Assembly: GCF_011745625.1 (NCBI RefSeq)
Contig: NW_027191452.1
Coordinates: 1,302,001-1,366,000, forward strand
Length of the DNA stretch: 64,000 nt
Source: Cladosporium halotolerans
Taxonomy: Eukaryota
Direction of reading: 5' to 3'
Of this stretch, positions 23,635 through 38,158 are shown in pieces (the stretch's first letter is position 1; each line of letters opens with the position of its first letter). The notes beneath the pieces are model-generated. The model made no database searches. It saw only the letters and a list, made by a program, of their open reading frames with translations, and was not told where the DNA came from. A program made the translations under genes and the position numbers.

Positions 23635-25655
23635 TGCGGCGAGTTGAGTTCGAAGGTTGAAATGTGTAGGTTTGGAACGTGCTACTGCCAGGGAGCGACT
23701 GGGGTAAGGGTAAAGTAAAGAGTGTCTTGGAGTATGAATACTGCGGTGGGTGGTAAAGAGTGTGGCTGAGAGAAAGATGTCTCAAGATGGGCAGTAGTGA
23801 ACGGCGCGACGGAGGAAGAAGAGGAAACGAGAGCGCATACGGGCTCGTGTACCTACAAATACATCGGGGCTAAAATGGCATCTTGCCGCAAGGGGTGCGC
23901 GAGGCGTTCGATAGCGCTGACTTCGCTGAGTCGAAGGATCGTGGCAAATTGCACCTTCGTCAATGGACCGGTGTGAAGATGGAGTTCGCTGGTGGTAGCG
24001 CGGCTGTTTAGGAGGCGGACAAGGGCAAAGCACGGCGCGCTATGCCCGGAAACGCAACTCGGGGCCAGCCGTAATTGCCGCTAAACCCTCCTTACTTTGG
24101 GCACCGTGGTGCAGCCCGCGCATCATCACGGTATATTTAGGCTCGCTGCGGGTGCGGGTGATTAAGCATCGTCGCGTGAAGCAGATCGTGATGTGGCGGA
24201 CGCCTTTGCGGAGGGCGTTGTGCTGGATAGGCCTGCTGGAGATGTCACGGCCTCAAGGTTCGTTGCGACGCCAATCACACAAAGCTGAGACAGCCGCCGA
24301 CGCCAAACAGGCACACGGATGCCGGCAGGAGAGCGGCACCGCGCGGGCCGTGACAGCGGCAACTCCCATAGCAGGGCAATACCGTCTGTTCGTCGATGAC
24401 ATGGTTTGGAGATGAACGCGGTCGGGGAAAAAGCGCGCTTTGGATGCTGTGTGCTGGTGGTCGCCAGTCCGTTTGGGCATCCAGGAAGACTCAGCCGCGT
24501 CACGAGACACTGACGATGGACGTGCTGTGATTGTGCTCTCCAGATGCGTGTTTCACCGACTCCACAACGAGACGACGAGAATAGGCGAGCCAAGTCCAGC
24601 AGTCGCCAGGCCAGCATCGTCTCGCCATGATACCAAGAGCTGATCCTCATCAGCTGGCTGGACGATAGACCGCTGACGGAGGCTCGGGAGGGCGCGGCCA
24701 GTTCAGCTGTAGGCAGCTCGTAGCTCGTTTAGAAGGTTGTGTGGTGAAACCCGTGCAAATCCGGCTTTCCGAGGCTGAGATGCTGCTGTCAAAGATGCTC
24801 CCATCGCACGTCCGCGGGCAGGTGCTCCCGCTGAGAGCATCGAGGCATCCAAAGCAACGCGCTCTCGAAATCCCGACAGCTGCTGCCACAGCCTTCCGCA
24901 CGTCAGCAATACGCGCATGTCAGTGAGATAGCTGACTATCGTACCCGTGTAGACTCTTCCACATTCAGATGCCATGCCTGCCTATATGCTCCAGCGACTT
25001 ATCGCGCGTACAAGTATACTCGCATACGCCTCGTATTCCAATCGCAGCTACACGCACCTAGGCCTGTCGCGCGCCACAAGCGTAAGGTCGATACGAGATC
25101 CCACCCCTCCAAATACCTCCCATGCTGCTATCACCGCCTCTCGCATCTCATAAACCCACGCACCCCGTTGAAACACCGCTTCCACGAAATCTCCTGCGTT
25201 CCGCCCTCAGACGCCGCTCCTATCGGCTCTCACAATCCAAAAGCATACGCAAGCCACTGAAGAACGCCCGCAGAACACACCACGCACCACCTCCAATCTC
25301 CCAATCACATCCCCACATGCGTCAGATTAGCTGACCTGACTTGACCTGACGCGGCAAGGAAACACCACACTGCACCGCACCGCACCGCACCCATTGGTGC
25401 CCTCTTCTCAGCCCAAGTGACAGTGACAGTGACAGCGACAACAGGTACCGCGCTGCGCTTCGTCTCACGCAATTGATAAGCAAGCAGGCGGAGCGCAAGG
25501 CCTCACGCTCCTTTATCCCAACTACACGCCTGGACACGTCGCGGTGTGAACTTGACTAGTGCATCCTTTTCACTCTCTGCATTCTGCTCCTGCGGTATAT
25601 ACACCTCACTCGTCTCGTTCAGCCTCCCCAAACAATGAAGAGAGGCCGCGCGGAA

Positions 25656-25685
25656 AAGAAGAAGAAGAAGAAGAAGAAGAAGAAG
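25656..25685 (+). repeat. (AAG)10 microsatellite; short (GCACC)n and (GTGACA)n runs nearby at about 25372-25443
   Basis: Directly visible tandem runs. Confidence 0.9.
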
Positions 25686-26180
25686 AGGAAGAAACAAGGA
25701 ACCGAATCCACCCGCTACACAGCGCCCTCGCTCGCTCGGGTTTCGAAGAATAAAAAACCAACAATAGGATATCTCTGTCGCGCAAGCAGCAACGACGACG
25801 AGAACGACGCTCGCCTTTTGTTCCCTTTGCCGTAACCCTGGAACTTCTTCCGTCATCAGTAGGAAACAACGACTAAAAGCAGGGAAAAAATCGTAAAAGC
25901 AGGGAAGCAAGCACGCGGCTTTTGCCAAATGGCAGCGAACGAGTCCGATCGGTATATCAAGCCCACCACCAGGGATCTCGCCGTGGAGGTCCCGAAAGTC
26001 TATGTTCCTGGCTTTCAAGCGATCGTGTTAACACAGAGGGGTATTGTTGCAACCCGTCCGGTTCGGGTTGGTGTGGTCGTGAGTGGTTGAGAAGGCCGTT
26101 AAAGTGGAGCGATTGTGGATGGAAGGGACTGGGTTGAAACGGGTTGAATTGGACTGCACTGGAGGTCGACAAGCGATCGA

Positions 26181-27650
<1,470 letters not shown>

Positions 27651-29904
27651 TCAGGAGACCGGGAGAGTGAGGACGTGATCGATGAAGCGATGATTGACGG
27701 AGCTCGTACTTCCATTCACCCAAGGGGCAAACGATAGGATTGCAAGAGGTAAGTCTGTCTTCAAGGAGAAAAGGGGTGAAGGGATTGATTGTGTCTGAGG
27801 ATGATCAGCACTTCTAGAAGTGGGCGAGTCCATCTTTTTGAGCTGATTGCCGTAAACACAGAGTAGGATACCGGCGGCCCAGGATCGCCGCAGCGATCTC
27901 CCTACGTTGCAGCGCGGCCAGTGGCTGCTCTGCGCCGGCCTGCAAGAGGCAAGTCCCAAGCGTCCAGTGAGACAGCGGCGTGTGACCGTTGCTCGAGCCA
28001 ACCCCGCCGAGACCATGTCCCGCGCACACAGACCAAGATCGCAAGCGGGCAACGACACACGTCGATCGACACGTCCGCCGGGTCGTGATGAGCGGTGGGA
28101 GGGCGTTATTACGTCGGGGGTCAGTCAGCGCAGTCAGCAGGGGTGGTTTGGTTAGGCCAAAGAGACGGGGATCGTGGATATTCCTCAGCTGCAGGGTCTA
28201 GGGCGGCCGGCATATGATGGAGTGGCTTCCCCAGGCACTGCCCGCGATTGGGCAACGCAAGCGGAGCGGGCGACGGCTGGCTTGCTGGCTTGCGGGCTTG
28301 ACGCCCTCTCGACGCCCGCCGGTCGCCCTGCGTCCGGTATGCGCTGTCGGGTTGTCATGCGCCGTGGGAGGAGTCGAGTGTGCCCGGCTGGGCGCGCGAC
28401 CATCCCGAATGCTGCCTGCTTCGGCGCGCCATGGCGAGAGAGCAGCAGAGCAGTCAAGTTGTGCTGCTCACGCGGACGAGGCGCATCAGGTACCACGCGG
28501 GCCGATCTCGCTGATCGCACTGTGCGCACAACGTCACAACAAGCTGAAGGTCGCTTGGAGTCACGCAGAACAGCCGGCCGGGTGCACGGCGGCGCGCTGT
28601 GGAATCCCTCCCTTGCGCCAGCACAGCGCAGCGCAGAGTCGCGGCGGTTGCGGCCGTTGGCGGCACGTTGTCGTCGTGTCGCAAAACGTGAGCGGCCGGG
28701 ATGGGCAGCTACAACGTGCAATACGTGTCCGATGCCTGTCGCCGGCGTGCGCAATTTCGCGTGCCCGCATGCGCATGCGCACGGTATGCGAGTGTGCATT
28801 TGGTGAGCTGACGCGCAGCGGAGTTGCGAACAATGCCATGTTTCTGCGTGCTTCTGCCCGTGGTTCCTCCGCATCTCCCCCACAACCTACCACGACCTAA
28901 GGCGAAATGCTTCGCCCTGCCTTCGCCGCCTAAACCACTCTGGGCTGGTGCATCAAGCACTCCACCAAGTAGCGCCCACCGCCCCGGCGCCGAGGCAGCA
29001 TCGCCTCCCCATGGCGCTGTGCGCCGGCCTTGCGCCGGCCTTGCACCAAGTGCCACCGGGCGGAAATGTCGTCAGCGCGTCGGCATACCGTGGTCACATG
29101 CGCTGAGTGGCAGAAGGGAAGCCGGCAAGGTTTCGTCGCATGAAAATCGCCCCGAGCGACGATCGCGGCACAGGTGCTGCCGAGTCTGTTCGGCTGGAAA
29201 AAATGGCAGCTCGCTTCTGCCGAGGCTGGGGGGAGCTCTGAGCTCTGAGTCGATCATGACGACGCCGAATTTTTGGGAGGACACTGTCTCAGCCGTGCCC
29301 GTCACCGGGTCAGCTCGATTGACTTACTCCTCAAAGCACGCCTGGGTGCAGCCTCGGCAGGGAATCTGTCGTTCCAATTGCTGGGCGCCCTCCGTGTGTC
29401 GTCCGGGCGTCGCGCGTCGATGTCAAGAGCAACGCTGCGAAGCCCACCGTGCTGCGTGGCTGAATCAAGAATTCCGGCTTGCCGTTCTAGAAGCCAGCCA
29501 TCCTGGTGGTCGAGAGGCGCTTGTCACCTTGAAGGCGCAACGGTATTGTCGATTTCAGCAAGAGACACAGAAACGACCTTCCGTGAAGGCACCCCGATCG
29601 ATGGTACTGCCAACGGCTTGCGCGACACTCGGGGAATCCGCCGGTGACATGAATACCTTCTTCACGCTACAGCGAGGTTCCGCAGAGGCACAGCATAATG
29701 GCAGGTCGCACGTCGCCATTGACGTGCAAGGTTAGTATTTGTACACCCCACGCGACTCAACTCGCACAATGGCGCAATCCAGCCAGAGCAAGATTCTAGA
29801 ACGAGACAATTCGGGCACCCCGAGCAAGACAAAAAGCCACAAACACGCCTTACTTCCACTCACGGCGCCCCAAACTACCCTCCACCGCAACCAAAAAGAG
29901 AACC

Positions 29905-31092
29905 TCAACGACTCAACTCCGCCGTCGTCGGATCCCACCCGCAAGGCTCATACTTCCCCGTCTCCAACCCCCTCATCTCCTCCTCACTCAGCTCAAAATT
30001 AAACACATCCTTGTTCTCCTCGATCCTCGCCGGCGTCACGCTCTTCGGCAGCACCACAAACCCCTTCTGCAGGCCCCAGCGGAGCAGAATCTGCGCAGCC
30101 GTCTTGCCGTGCTTCGCCGCGAGCGGTTCGAGCAGCGGGTCATGGTTGCGCGTCGCCCGCACGAGCGGCGAGTACGCTTCCAGCACGACGCCGCGCGCCC
30201 GGCACCAGGCCACGATGTCCGGGCGCGCGAGCCAAGGGTGCAGCTCGACCTGGTTGACGCTGAGGACGCCGGCTTCGGAGGGCGGTTGTTGCTGCGAGAA
30301 GGTCGGTCAGCAGGTAGGTCGGCCAAACAGCCCAAAAAGACAAACCTTCATCCACCCCTCCAGCTCCTCCAAATGCCCCACCCCGAAATTGCTGACCCCG
30401 ATGCTCCGCACTTTCCCCTCCGCCACGGCTTCCACCAGCGCCTTCCAGGCCCCGATCCGCCCCTCGCGGCCTCCGTACGGCGCGTGCAGGAGGTACAAGT
30501 CGATGTACTCCAGCCCCGTGCGCTCGAGGCTCTCGGAGATGCAGCGCTTCGCGTCCGCGTAGTTGGTGTAGCGGGGTGGGACTTTGGAGGTGTAGAAGAG
30601 CTGCGAGCGCGGGAGGGCGGAGGTGAGGAGCGCGGAGGCGGTGGGGGCTTCGTTGCGGTAGGCGTGGGCGGAGTCGACGTGTCTGTAGCCGGTGTGGAGG
30701 GCGTGTGCGGTGACGGATTCGGCGATTGCTGCTGGGCTTGAGAGGCGCGTGAGCAGGGTTTGGACGTGAGGTGAGGTGAGGTGTGTGGGTAGGAGCCGCT
30801 CACGTTTGGTAGACGCCTGTGAAGTTGTCCTGTGTCAACCGATGCTATTTGCTGAAGGTTGTCGAAAGTGGAAGACACAGTCTAGTTACACAATGGAATC
30901 CCGAAATCTTTGACGTTCTTGATGAACTCTTGACCTACCGTATCCTAACACTGGAATATCATAGCCCGACTTCATGCAAAGCGTGGAGTTGATGTCGAGC
31001 TTCGCCATGCTCCGGCTTGTATTTGCGAAACGCTGAAAGGGAGCACGAACGAATTGACTTCTGATACTTTGAGCTCGTACAATAGCTTTCAT
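29905..31092 (-). CDS. Aldo-keto reductase; 4 exons including a 13-nt microexon (30804-30816); second ATG at 31008
   Basis: GYGVYQT assembled across the microexon. Catalytic tetrad D (HVDSA), Y (AYRNE), K (TSKV), H (LLHAP); GVSNF; LPKSVT. Confidence 0.9.
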
Positions 31093-31383
31093 ACCTTGCG
31101 ATTGAAACGATATTTTGGGATGTTTCGGAGTGATTGTGACTCAACAATCGCTGGTCAGCATTGAGCATCCCGCCGCAAGCGCCGAACAGACGAAGACGTC
31201 ACACAGCAAACAAATCGCGGGGCAAAGTGGGATGCACAGCGGCCTGAAGCCCATGGGTGACACACAACCGACTGTACACCGCCGGAGAAAGTACTCTGCC
31301 TCATTCTTTTCTCTGGACAAATTACTCGCACTGGTTTGCGAGAACCACATCTTTCTCGCATCCTCCCATAGATCAAGGCCACC

Positions 31384-32666
31384 ATGCGTCTCATCAAGCA
31401 AAACATCGTGGAGAAAGATGGCTCCGGCAGCGCAACCCTGCTCCCAGAAGAGCCCGAGGACATGGTGAGCAAGTCCGTCTCATACAGGTGTGGCCTCCTG
31501 TGTCTCATACTAATCAAAATCAGTGGCACTGCTACAACCTGATCCGCGAAAACGACCTCCTCCGCGCCTCCGCCCTGCGCAAAATCTCCACCGAGTCCGC
31601 TGCCGGCAGCACCACCATCCAGCGCGTGCAAACCGTCCTCACCATCCGCGTCACGAAGCTCGACTTCGACTCCTACGCCTCGCAGCTCCACGTCTCCGGC
31701 CGCGTGGCCGAGGAGAACAAGCACGTCAAGCTCGGCAGCTACCACACGCTCGACCTCGAGCTGCAGCGCAACTTCACGCTCGAGAAGGCCGACGGCTGGG
31801 ACAGCGTGGCCATCGACACCCTCAAGGAGGCGATCAACCAGGACGCGAAGGCGCAGCTGTGGGCCGTCGTGCTGCAGGAGGGGCTGGCGAACATCTGCCT
31901 CGTGACCGACCACCAGACGATCCTGCGCCAGCGCATCGAAGTCAACATGCCGAAGAAGCGCGCGGGCTCGTCCGACCACGACAAAGCGCTGCAGCGCTTC
32001 TTCCAGACCACCTTCGACACCGTGCTGCGCCAGATCGACCTCGCGGACCCCAAGCCGCTGCTGCTGGCCAGCCCGGGGTTCACGGCTAGTAGTTTGCAGC
32101 AGTTTATCAAGACGAAAGCGGCCGAGGGGAGTGATAAGGATCTCAAGCAGCTGGTCCCCAAGATCACGGTCGCGCACTCGGCTTCGGGGCACTTACACAG
32201 CTTGACGGAGGTGCTGAGCAGCCCGGCGGTGACGAGCAAGCTTAGCGATACGAAGTTTGCGCGCGAGACGCAGCTGATGGATCGGTTCTTTGAGTTGCTG
32301 AGGAAAGATGACGCGAGGGCGTGGTATGGGCCTAAGGAGGTGGAGGCTGCGGTTGAGAGAGGTGCTGTGGGCAAAGGCGGTGGTTCGCTTTTGATTTCGA
32401 ACTCGCTTTTTAGGGCTCAGGAGGTCAAGACGAGACAACGGTGGGTAAAGTTGGTGGATGAGGTTAAGGAGGCTGGCGGCGAGGTGAGGGTGCTCAGTAG
32501 TATGCACGAGAGCGGAAAGCGCTTGGAGGATCTGAGCGGTATTGCTGCTATTTTGACCTATCCTATTGAAGATCTGGATGAGGAAGTTGGTGGCGACGAA
32601 GAGGAGGTTGTAGATGAGGTGCCTAATGGGCGAAATGGTCCTCCTGATGAAGACATAGATTTCTGA
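31384..32666 (+). CDS. DOM34: Dom34/Pelota ribosome-rescue factor; intron 31465-31523
   Basis: LLPEEPEDM|WHCYNLI, GSYHTLDLEL, ASPGF, AWYGPKEV, SSMHESG..L..LSGIAAILTYP. Confidence 0.96.
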
Positions 32667-32978
32667 GATACCCATCATCTAGATGATATTAGAGCAGCAT
32701 ATTCATGACTGGCAGAGGGTTTGTCAGCTCTAAATAACCACCATCACCTCAAACCATCAATTGCTCGATATCGTGAATGACTAACACCATTGATACGATG
32801 TCCAATCGCCCCATATTCATTACCCTACACCTCTCGCCTCCACCCCCTCCATTGGGCAAAACGGCCCACAATTCCCAGAAGGAGAAGCCGATCCCGCGCC
32901 CTGCGAGCGACCTCACGCCCTCCGGCTTCGGCTTAAAGCGACGGAAGCTGTCCACAGCTCCATCACAGTCCCGCAGGT

Positions 32979-33719
32979 ATGTCGAAACGACTCTTAAGCC
33001 GACCTCTGCAGTTTCTCACTCCTCGGACCTGTTATAGACCTGCCGTTGCACTTTCTTCCAGATTTCTTTTCGAGAAAAAGACAACACCGTTTCAGACTAG
33101 GACAATGAGCGACATTAAGCAGATCTCTAGCCAGAGGGCCGCGCAGCGTGAGTCGGGGTGCACATCATGGTCATTTGTTGGTCGCTGACGATTTGCTTCC
33201 AGCCGTGGCTCACTACGTAAGTCTTCCCTATCGCAATTATCATAAGAGACATGCTCCTCAATAGAGCCTCTCGATCCGGGTTCCCATAACCCCGCCTCAA
33301 CGCATACTAACACACCTCCACCAGTCCCAAGCCATCGAAGCCGCCGGCCAAATCTGGGTCTCCGGCCAGATCCCCGCCGACGCCCAGGGCCAGCTCGTCG
33401 GCGGCAGCATCGCCGACCAGACCAAAGCCTGCTGCGAGGCGCTCAAGAACATCCTCGAGGACGCCGGCAGCGGTATCCACCGCACCGTGAAGGTAAAGCC
33501 ATCCTATCCTGGTTTTCTCACCTGCCTGAGACGCATTCTGATGCTTTCAATTTGCAGATCAACGTCTTCATCACCACCATGGAGCACTTCGCGGAGATGA
33601 ACTCGGTCTACGAGAAGTACTTCACGCACAAGCCTGCCCGCTCCTGCGTTGCTGTCAAGGAGCTGCCGAAGGGTGTGCCGGTTGAGATCGAGGCCATTGC
33701 TCTCGCTGGTAGGGGCTAG
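32979..33719 (+). CDS. RidA/YjgF/UK114 imine deaminase (Mmf1/Hmf1-like); exons 32979-33147, 33203-33216, 33325-33492, 33558-33719; second ATG at 33105
   Basis: Largely missed by the ORF track. The spliced product reads PVAHYSQAI...VSGQIP...MNSVY...[24 protein letters not shown]. Confidence 0.92.
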
Positions 33720-34206
33720 ATGCTGCGGAAAGCGCTACCATTTTATGATGGCACGTCAGAAGGCTTGACTAAGGCCTCGAATGAAATAAAGTAAATGACA
33801 AACAAGCATTGACGCACCAATTTTTCCCACAGACCTGTTGAGGTTCATCAGAATCTCGTATTATTCGAGAAGGTATGTACATTTTATGTGTTGAGAATGC
33901 CCCTTCCCTTGCCCATCCATCCCGTTCCCATTCCCATTCCCGGCGCCTGAAGCCTTTCCCATCCGTTATCCCCCAAATGTGTCTATCCCCATTTTACAAA
34001 ATCTCCAAACCAACTTCTTCACCATGAAGTAATCAAATTCTCCTCCCCCTTTCTTTCCCAAGAGATCTAGCGAGCGAATATGGGTATCATCAAAGCAGCA
34101 ACAAGAAGAGAAATGCCAAACAGCCAGACAGCCAAATCAGAAAAGGTGCAACAGACCACCAACCCACCAACCCAGAGCAGAAAGTCAAAACAGAGCAACG
34201 TACACC

Positions 34207-35412
34207 TCATCGGTAAGTCATCCAAACATGCGGCACGCCCGCCCCCACCGTGCCAGCAAACTGCTGCCCAGGCCCCGTCGTCGCAGCCTGCGCGGCCTGC
34301 GCGGCAGCAACCATCTCGCGCCACTTCTTCTCGCACGACTTCGGCTGCCACTTGTCCTGGACGCCGAACTCGAGCATCTATCAAGACAAAAAAGTCAGCC
34401 AGAATCCCTCAAAAATTTCAAAGATCGCTAGTAAAACGTTGGGCAAAAACTCACCTTCGCGCTCACAATCTCCCACCGCCCCCTCTCCCACCACTCGCAC
34501 GCCTGCCGCAGCGCCCGCACGTCCTCCTCGCCCCACTCGCGCCGCCGGTCCCGCAGCCGCCGCCACTGCATCTGCAGCGCCGGCACGCTCGCGCTGCCCA
34601 TCTGCTGCGCGATGTCTTTCCACGGCAGGTCCTCGTCCTCTTTGAGGCGGAGGAGGGTTTTGCTGGATTCGGAGAGGCCTTCGACGGAGGCGGTGCGGCG
34701 GCGTTTGGAGGTGCTGGTCGAGCTGGTGCGGGGCGTGGGGGAGGTTGTGGTGGTGGTGGTGGGGGGGTCGAGGGAGTCGGCGCGGCGCTTGGTGCCGGTG
34801 GTTGTGGGCGCTGGGGCGATGGGTTGGTAGGGGGATGGGGCTTGGGGGCGCGTGGGGCGCGGTTGTTGGAGGGTTGGGGGCGGGGAGGTCGGGAAGGGGT
34901 TGCTGGTTGCTGTGGTTGTGGCGGGGTCCGGTTGGTAGGGGGTTGGTGGGAAGGCGGCGGCGGGGATGAGGGGTGTTGGCTGCGCGGTGGGATATTGGAT
35001 TCCGAGGCCGGCGGAGGGAGCCCAGGAGAGGCTTTCGGGCGATGGGCCGAAGGTGCTGGGGCTGCTGCGTGGGCGGCCTGGGGTGATTGGGATGGGTTGC
35101 TGGAAGAGGTTGGTCGTTTGGTCGATTGGGAAGGTGGACATGTTGATGTCTGGGAAGGATGCCCGGGCGTATTGGTTCCACTGTTGGGGTTCGACGGAGG
35201 AGGATGGGAAGGGGGTCAGGTAGGGTTGTTCGTAGGCGTACTGATCGATTGATGTTAGTAATGGTTTTGAGAACATAGTAAGGTAGGAAGTTTAGACATA
35301 CAGAGTTTGGAGTGTACCAGTCGGTACTGACGATGGCATTGGCATCGAGTTCACTGATCTGTTCGGGAGTGATGCTCCCGGAAAAGGTAGGAAACATGTT
35401 GTTGGAATCCAT
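34207..35412 (-). CDS. Pro/Thr-rich protein with C-terminal Myb/SANT-like repeats; exons about 35412-35302, 35240-34455, 34377-34207
   Basis: LLRLKEDEDLPWKDIA...ALQMQWRRLR...W...WEIVSAK|MLEFG...W..KSCEKKW gives Myb-like Trp spacing. Canonical splice sites keep the frame. Confidence 0.72.
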
Positions 35413-38158
35413 TGTGACAATGAAAATGCTCAGGAACAACAACAAACGAAACAAGAAAAGGGCAGATGTTGGTGGAGATGCTCATCCACACGGGAGGATG
35501 AGGCGGGAAGGTAGTAGAGTTGAGATGATTCCTCACAGTTGAGCAATAGGAAGATGTGGTTGATGGCCCTGAGTCGACGAGAGCCGTGCCGCAAGCCATG
35601 ATGAAAGGCAGGATGCGTTGGAGGCTTTGTAGGATTCGCTGCCATCAGCCATCGGCAGGGCTGCGCATCACCAGCAATAGCAGCAATGGCATTGCCAGCA
35701 TCTCGACACCCACCGCAGAGCAGTCGGCCGTCCTAGTCTGGCGCGCACGGGGCAGCTGCACGGGGCTTAGGTACAGATTGCTAGCTGATGTAAATTTGGC
35801 CTCGACCCGCCGCAGGGCAGAGCCGCGAGCGGACATGACATGGTGCCTGCGAAGGATGAATAGGGTGTGCCTCAGTGCTCGTGAGGCGGGTAGGCGTGTA
35901 GTCGAGCCGGAAGGGGACAAGGCTGGTTCAGCAGGCCAATACCAGGGCCGGCTGGTCGACATGCACGATAGGCGCCGGGGGCTTGCTCTGCTCGCTTGAG
36001 CAATAATAACGTGCCGCCGTCAAAGCGGCACAGTCGAGGCGTAGGAACGGATTTGGCTCCCGAGCGACAGCTGTGCCCGCCCTCACGCGACGCCGTACCT
36101 GAATAGACGTGCGCCGTACCGCGCGAGAGCGAGACCTCGCTGAAGACGTCGATACGTCGAAACTGGTGCTCGGCCGGCCCTATGCACGTCGGCATCGGCC
36201 GCTTGGGAGGTCCAGCAGCACGGCATGTCAGATCTGCTTCACCCGCTGACGGCGATGGCTGACCCCCACCACCACTGCTGCGGTACGCAGGGCTGACATG
36301 ACCCTCGCGGGACTCTCACGCCACGCGACGCACAATGCATCGAGTTCGCTTGTGCGAATCGCAGTCTCGCAATAATCTCTACACAGTGCTGCTCTCCAAG
36401 CTCCCACCATACAGAGTCCCATGCCCACGCCCATCCCCACAGCCCACAATTTCCCAGCCAACTCCACGCTCCGCCTACCCTTCAGCCTCACCATCTCCCA
36501 GACTCCCACCTGCACCGCCCACTCCTCTCCACCGGCGCAGGAAAATCCAATAACCTCCACCACCCCAGCCTAACCCAGCCCCAATAACGCCGCCCCAAAA
36601 AATCGTGAAACACCAAAGGAACGAAAGAATCACAAAATCCTATGGCTCTCGTCGCACCATGCGCAACACCGCTCGCGCGCCCGCGATCCTTGCCGTTCGC
36701 GTGGGCCCCGCGCGCAGGATCGCCTCGCATGCAGGCGTAGCTATTTTTGCCCGCCAGACCTGGGAGAAGAATGGCCGCAAATAGATCCTGATCGGGAGGG
36801 TGGGCGGGCTGGCGATTAATTAGCTCTATATTTGGCTCTTTGGGGGTTTGTTTCATGTTATGCGCGAGGGCACGCGTCTGCGGGTGCTCCTTCGTGAGAT
36901 GGGAAAGATAGCCTTTCCTAACGTAGGGTCTCGGTAGAGAGGTCTGCTATGCTGGAATGGGGTGTCGGAGAGCGAGCTGAAACGTCTTGCTCGAGGGTTT
37001 CGGGCTGACGTCGCTGGGTTTGATCTGGATGGAGGGGAGTTCTAAATGGACTTGTACACCCACCCTCCCTGCGTCTCTCATAGGTAGGCTTCGGCCGTCG
37101 ACGACGAGACCTGCAACTTCTGGACACTTCACCGGTCGCCCGAAATGTCCGCTAATTAGCAGACAACCTTCCACCTGCGTCCTGCGCATGGTCGTCTGTC
37201 GCGCAGGCTGACGCAACAGTATAACCATGCCTCAGGCTACCTTCAGACGTCACTTCGTCTATTCCCTCTTTCTACATCAGTGCGAAGGCAACACGTCGAG
37301 CTCGATTTGGTCACGCTGGACCCCGCGTCAACATCGACGAACACGCCAACAGACGATGCAGTTGCTCGTTGCGCAGGATCCTGCGTGGTGGGCAGCGCCC
37401 TCTCCTGCCGATGCGGCCCTTTTCCCGCGTTCGCTCGCAGGGCCCGTTGGGCGCTTCTCAATGAACGACCATAAACGACTAGCTGCGGGCTAGTATAAGG
37501 TTCCAAGTGGCCTGTGTCCAGATCCTTTGATGCGAACACAGGCCGGGCCGCGAAAAGCCATCAAGCAACTATGTGTGAACAGAAGTCAGGGATCCACTGG
37601 AGATCGTAGAGATCGGATAACGATGCTAAGAATGTAGCTTAGCCCGAGAAGCCTGCTTCCAGGAAACTAACTACCCAACCTATGGACACCAATCTGGTAA
37701 GTGAGATAACATGAACAAATCCTCCAAAAAAAGGGCATTCTGGGCCCCTGAGGCGCGAATATAAAAGCAGCAGACAGATGGCACAACTCCAATGTCCTCT
37801 AGTATCCCATGCGCCTCGGAAAAACCAACAGCAAAATGCAACGAATGATCGCTTTTTGGGCGGCCGCGCTGGACCGCGCTGGATCGGTCCCTCCTGAGAG
37901 GGGCGGCGTGGGGCTCGTTTCAATCGTGGGAGGAGCTGGTCCTCTTGGTTGTTCATGCAGTCTGGTCGTACGCAGTGTTCGCCCGCTCGGAGAGCGTAGC
38001 CAATCTCTGGTGGATGACAATCTTGGTTCCAGAACACCAGGTTGTTGGTTGTGTGCAATGTGGAAGCTGATGAGGTCCAGCACATTCGACGCCGTCTCGA
38101 CTCTGTGGCTTGTCCACACCTCGCGCCTCGCCAAGCATCGCCTCGCCAAACCTAACAA

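Noticed and set aside
25635..25835. Poly-Lys small ORF
   Set aside because: It is the translation of the (AAG)10 microsatellite.
28174..29735. Several overlapping 200-300-aa ORFs
   Set aside because: Arg/Ala/Cys-rich translations of GC-rich sequence upstream of the GH5 gene, with no codon bias or motifs.
31257..31523. Long N-terminal extension of Dom34 in the ORF track
   Set aside because: Artefact of reading through the first intron in the exon-2 frame. The conserved N-terminus starts at ATG 31384 in another frame.
29860..33800. Cryptic PTS1 by stop-codon readthrough in AKR or RidA (also checked GFA and RIB7)
   Set aside because: No TGA-CTA context, and the downstream in-frame extensions do not end in an SKL-like tripeptide.
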